Part shown: positions 62,801 to 64,000 of the stretch, in pieces
Position numbering within the stretch: position 1 is the stretch's first letter
How the letters are laid out: each line of letters starts with the position of its first letter
Source of the DNA: Eledone cirrhosa
Lineage: Eukaryota
Reading direction: 5' to 3'
DNA: 64,000 nucleotides
Assembly (NCBI GenBank): GCA_964016885.1
Contig: OZ024742.1
Span: forward strand, 141,050,001 to 141,114,000
Notes under the pieces: model-generated
Databases searched by the model: none
Told to the model about the DNA's origin: nothing
Seen by the model: only the letters and a program-made list of their open reading frames with translations
Translations under genes and position numbers: made by a program

Positions 62801-62904
62801 TATTTCTATCAATGGATTCTTTCTAATTTTTGGTAATGCTAATGAAGCACCTCCAGTTTTTTTACCAGCTTGTTTTTTCTGACCAAACAATCGCACAGTA
62901 TGAC
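41715..62904 (-). CDS. CDKAL1: Threonylcarbamoyladenosine tRNA methylthiotransferase CDKAL1, last 10 coding exons; 5' part beyond the window
   Basis: Join (minus) 62904-62784, 60355-60252, 58832-58666, 57880-57735, 55206-55146, 52851-52732, 52145-52083, 44538-44455, 43326-43153, 41834-41715. GT-AG introns with consistent phases; radical-SAM [12 protein letters not shown] region and C-terminal hydrophobic tail. Confidence 0.95.
42683..42979 (-). mobile_element. CORE-type SINE with RTE tail (copy of 32715-33045)
   Basis: Near reverse complement of 32790-33045 with one extra internal unit. Confidence 0.85.
43153..43326 (-). CDS. CDKAL1: CDKAL1 exon (TRAM C-terminal part)
   Basis: [37 protein letters not shown]. 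Confidence 0.92.
44455..44538 (-). CDS. CDKAL1: CDKAL1 exon (TRAM N-terminal part)
   Basis: [28 protein letters not shown]. Confidence 0.93.
47115..50295 (+). mobile_element. Near full-length RTE LINE (APE + RT), disabled, antisense in a CDKAL1 intron
   Basis: [32 protein letters not shown]; QIDFLLV; 219-aa RT ORF 48400-49059; [19 protein letters not shown]; (GAT)n tail at ~50272-50295; several stops and frameshifts. Confidence 0.93.
47600..47737 (+). mobile_element. CR1-like 3' tail nested in the RTE endonuclease region
   Basis: CATGACTCATACACTATTCACTTCCCTGACATTTG..GAGCACTTTACACAATAATTTCATTATTATT. Confidence 0.85.
50528..51060 (+). mobile_element. Non-autonomous Helitron-like element with internal tandem repeats
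   Basis: 5' TC(TCCTTATAATATATAA..CTGTCTGTC); 3' hairpin CTAGCAGAAAACCACCC/GGGTGGTTTTCTGCTAG; internal ~108-bp and ~45-bp duplications. Confidence 0.65.
51061..51630 (+). mobile_element. Non-autonomous Helitron-like element
   Basis: 5' TCTATATATATAAAACTGAGGATGTCTGTCTG; 3' CCCGTGCAACGC..CTAG|T; 5' region shared with 55347-56266. Confidence 0.7.
52083..52145 (-). CDS. CDKAL1: CDKAL1 exon
   Basis: [21 protein letters not shown]. Confidence 0.93.
52732..52851 (-). CDS. CDKAL1: CDKAL1 exon
   Basis: [40 protein letters not shown]. Confidence 0.95.
53288..53470 (+). mobile_element. Deu/Nin-like SINE copy
   Basis: Near-identical to 64-245. Confidence 0.8.
53680..53830. repeat. ~29-bp minisatellite, about 5 units
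   Basis: AAGTTACCCACATCACACAACTACTAGCT-like units. Confidence 0.85.
55146..55206 (-). CDS. CDKAL1: CDKAL1 exon
   Basis: [20 protein letters not shown]. Confidence 0.95.
55347..56266 (-). mobile_element. Non-autonomous Helitron-like element
   Basis: Minus-strand 5' end ATATAAAACAGAGGATGTCTGTCTG..CCCTAAAAC..TTTACACATG matches 51061; 3' hairpin ACCCTGCGCAACGCCGGGT then CTAG|T. Confidence 0.7.
56584..56619 (+). ncRNA. Candidate minimal hammerhead ribozyme in a Penelope-like repeat end
   Basis: TCTT CTGATGA AGG ACTAGCAA CC GAAAC GTT AAGA: stem I TCTT/AAGA, stem II GG/CC, palindromic AACGTT. A decayed paralogue lies at 28401-28435 (-). Confidence 0.45.
57409..57616. mobile_element. piggyBac-type MITE
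   Basis: TTAA|CCCATTAGCATTTA ... TAAATGCTAAAGGG|TTAA. Confidence 0.8.
57735..57880 (-). CDS. CDKAL1: CDKAL1 exon
   Basis: [49 protein letters not shown]. Confidence 0.96.
58666..58832 (-). CDS. CDKAL1: CDKAL1 exon
   Basis: [38 protein letters not shown]. Confidence 0.96.
58865..59148 (-). mobile_element. RTE (Expander-like) 3' fragment
   Basis: Similar to 12700-12940 (VHSSEI..LLLRIKR..GRP region). Confidence 0.6.
60252..60355 (-). CDS. CDKAL1: CDKAL1 exon (radical SAM CxxxCxxC)
   Basis: [34 protein letters not shown]. Confidence 0.96.
61050..61204. mobile_element. Tigger/pogo-like MITE
   Basis: CAGCAAAATTCCATTATAACGAA ... TTCGTTATAATTGAATTTTACCTG. Confidence 0.6.
61217..62516 (+). mobile_element. 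Full-length but disabled DD37D (maT-type) transposon, 1.3 kb
   Basis: TIRs CGGGGTGGGGCATAA / TTATGCCCCACCCTG with TA flanks. Transposase 61361-~62390 with GRPR, FTDEK and QQDG..(37)..PLD; frameshift near 61750, stops at ~61984 and ~62356. Confidence 0.92.
62784..62904 (-). CDS. CDKAL1: CDKAL1 exon
   Basis: [41 protein letters not shown]. Confidence 0.95.
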
Positions 62905-63030
62905 CTAGTTAAAAAGATGAAAGTGAAATGATTTTAATTTTTTCTCCCACAAAACATCCTAGTCAATGAATATGTGGGATCATACACTTCAGACCTCCAC
63001 ATATACCTACAAGCTTCCAGGCCTAATATA

Positions 63031-64000
63031 TTAGGTTGTTCCGAAAATAATGGCCGCTCTAAGTGTTGTGTTTTGAAACGCAATTTTATCATAGTATTTT
63101 AATTATATTTTAGGTGAATTTCGACATACTTAATAATTGATGTATGCTCTTTAATATTTTTCTACTTATTTCAGACAGAAAACATTCTTGAAGCATAGGC
63201 GCCCTTAATTATGAACATGACAAAAAAGGACCTTCGCTTACTTTTCTTGCACGAGTTCAAGCTTGGGCACAATGCCTCCCAAACAGCTTCCAATATCAAC
63301 AGAGCATGGGGAGAGGGATCCACAAGTGATCATACAGTACGAAGGTGGTTTCAGAACTTCCGTAGTGGTGATGAGAGACTTGAAGATGAAGAAGGTAGAG
63401 GATGGTCATGCAGTCTTGACAATGAACAATTGAAAGCAATTGTTGAACAAAACCCACGTCAAAGTGTCGGTATTGCAACAGTCTCATGCCATCTGCAGAA
63501 GATTGGTAACGTGAAAAAGCTCGATAAATGGGTACCACATGAGCTCAATGAAAATCAAAAAGTTTGGCGTTTTGAAGTGTGCTCGATGCTCTTTCTGCGA
63601 AACACCAATGATCCTTTTCTTGACTGAATAGTCACATATGACGTAAACTGGTTCCTTTATAACCGTAAGCGATCAGGTCAATGGCTTGATCGTGATGAGC
63701 CCCCCAAACATTTCCCAAAGCCAAAGTTGCATCAGCCAAAGATTATGGTGATTGTCTGGTGGTGTGCAATTAGTGTTGTCCATTACAACTTTCTAGAAGC
63801 CAATCAGAGCATTACACTAGAGGTTTACTGCAATCAACTCGCTGAAATGCATGCTCACTTGCAAAAACTGAGACCTCCATTGGTGAACTAGCGTGGCCCC
63901 ATTCTGCTCCATGATAATGCAAAGCCACATGTTGCAAGAATGACGCTGCAGAAACTCAGACTTGGGATATGAGACTTTACCACATCCTCCATATTCTCCT
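63031..64000 (+). mobile_element. Mariner transposon, disabled, cut by the window edge
   Basis: TA|TTAGGTTG TIR start; EFKLGHNA, TVRRWF, WVPHEL, LHDNAKPH and HPPYSP motifs; internal stops. Confidence 0.92.

Overview
AT-rich, intron-rich animal genomic DNA. The repeat content (RTE LINEs with (GAT)n tails, tRNA/CORE- and Deu/Nin-like SINEs, long (TA)n tracts) suggests an octopus-like cephalopod; this is inference only. Three spliced genes can be reconstructed by hand. (1) The first coding exon of TRAPPC13 (minus strand, ATG 9202). (2) A complete 10-exon TRIM23/ARD1 (plus strand, 16694-39542, 577 aa; RING, two B-boxes, coiled coil, ARF GTPase). (3) The last 10 coding exons of the tRNA methylthiotransferase CDKAL1 (minus strand, 62904 down to stop 41715). 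TRAPPC13 and TRIM23 are head-to-head as in human, but separated by about 7.5 kb that is mostly transposon. The rest is decayed mobile DNA: RTE, CR1-like and R4/Dong LINEs, SINEs, two DD37D (maT) elements, a mariner, MITEs, Helitron-like elements, a solo LTR and microsatellites. The most notable observations are a cluster of minimal hammerhead-ribozyme motifs in inverted Penelope-like repeats in TRIM23 intron 2, a canonical catalytic Gln in the TRIM23 ARF domain, and repeated tail-to-tail insertion of RTE/SINE 3' ends at (TA)n. All coordinates were read by eye; repeat boundaries are approximate.
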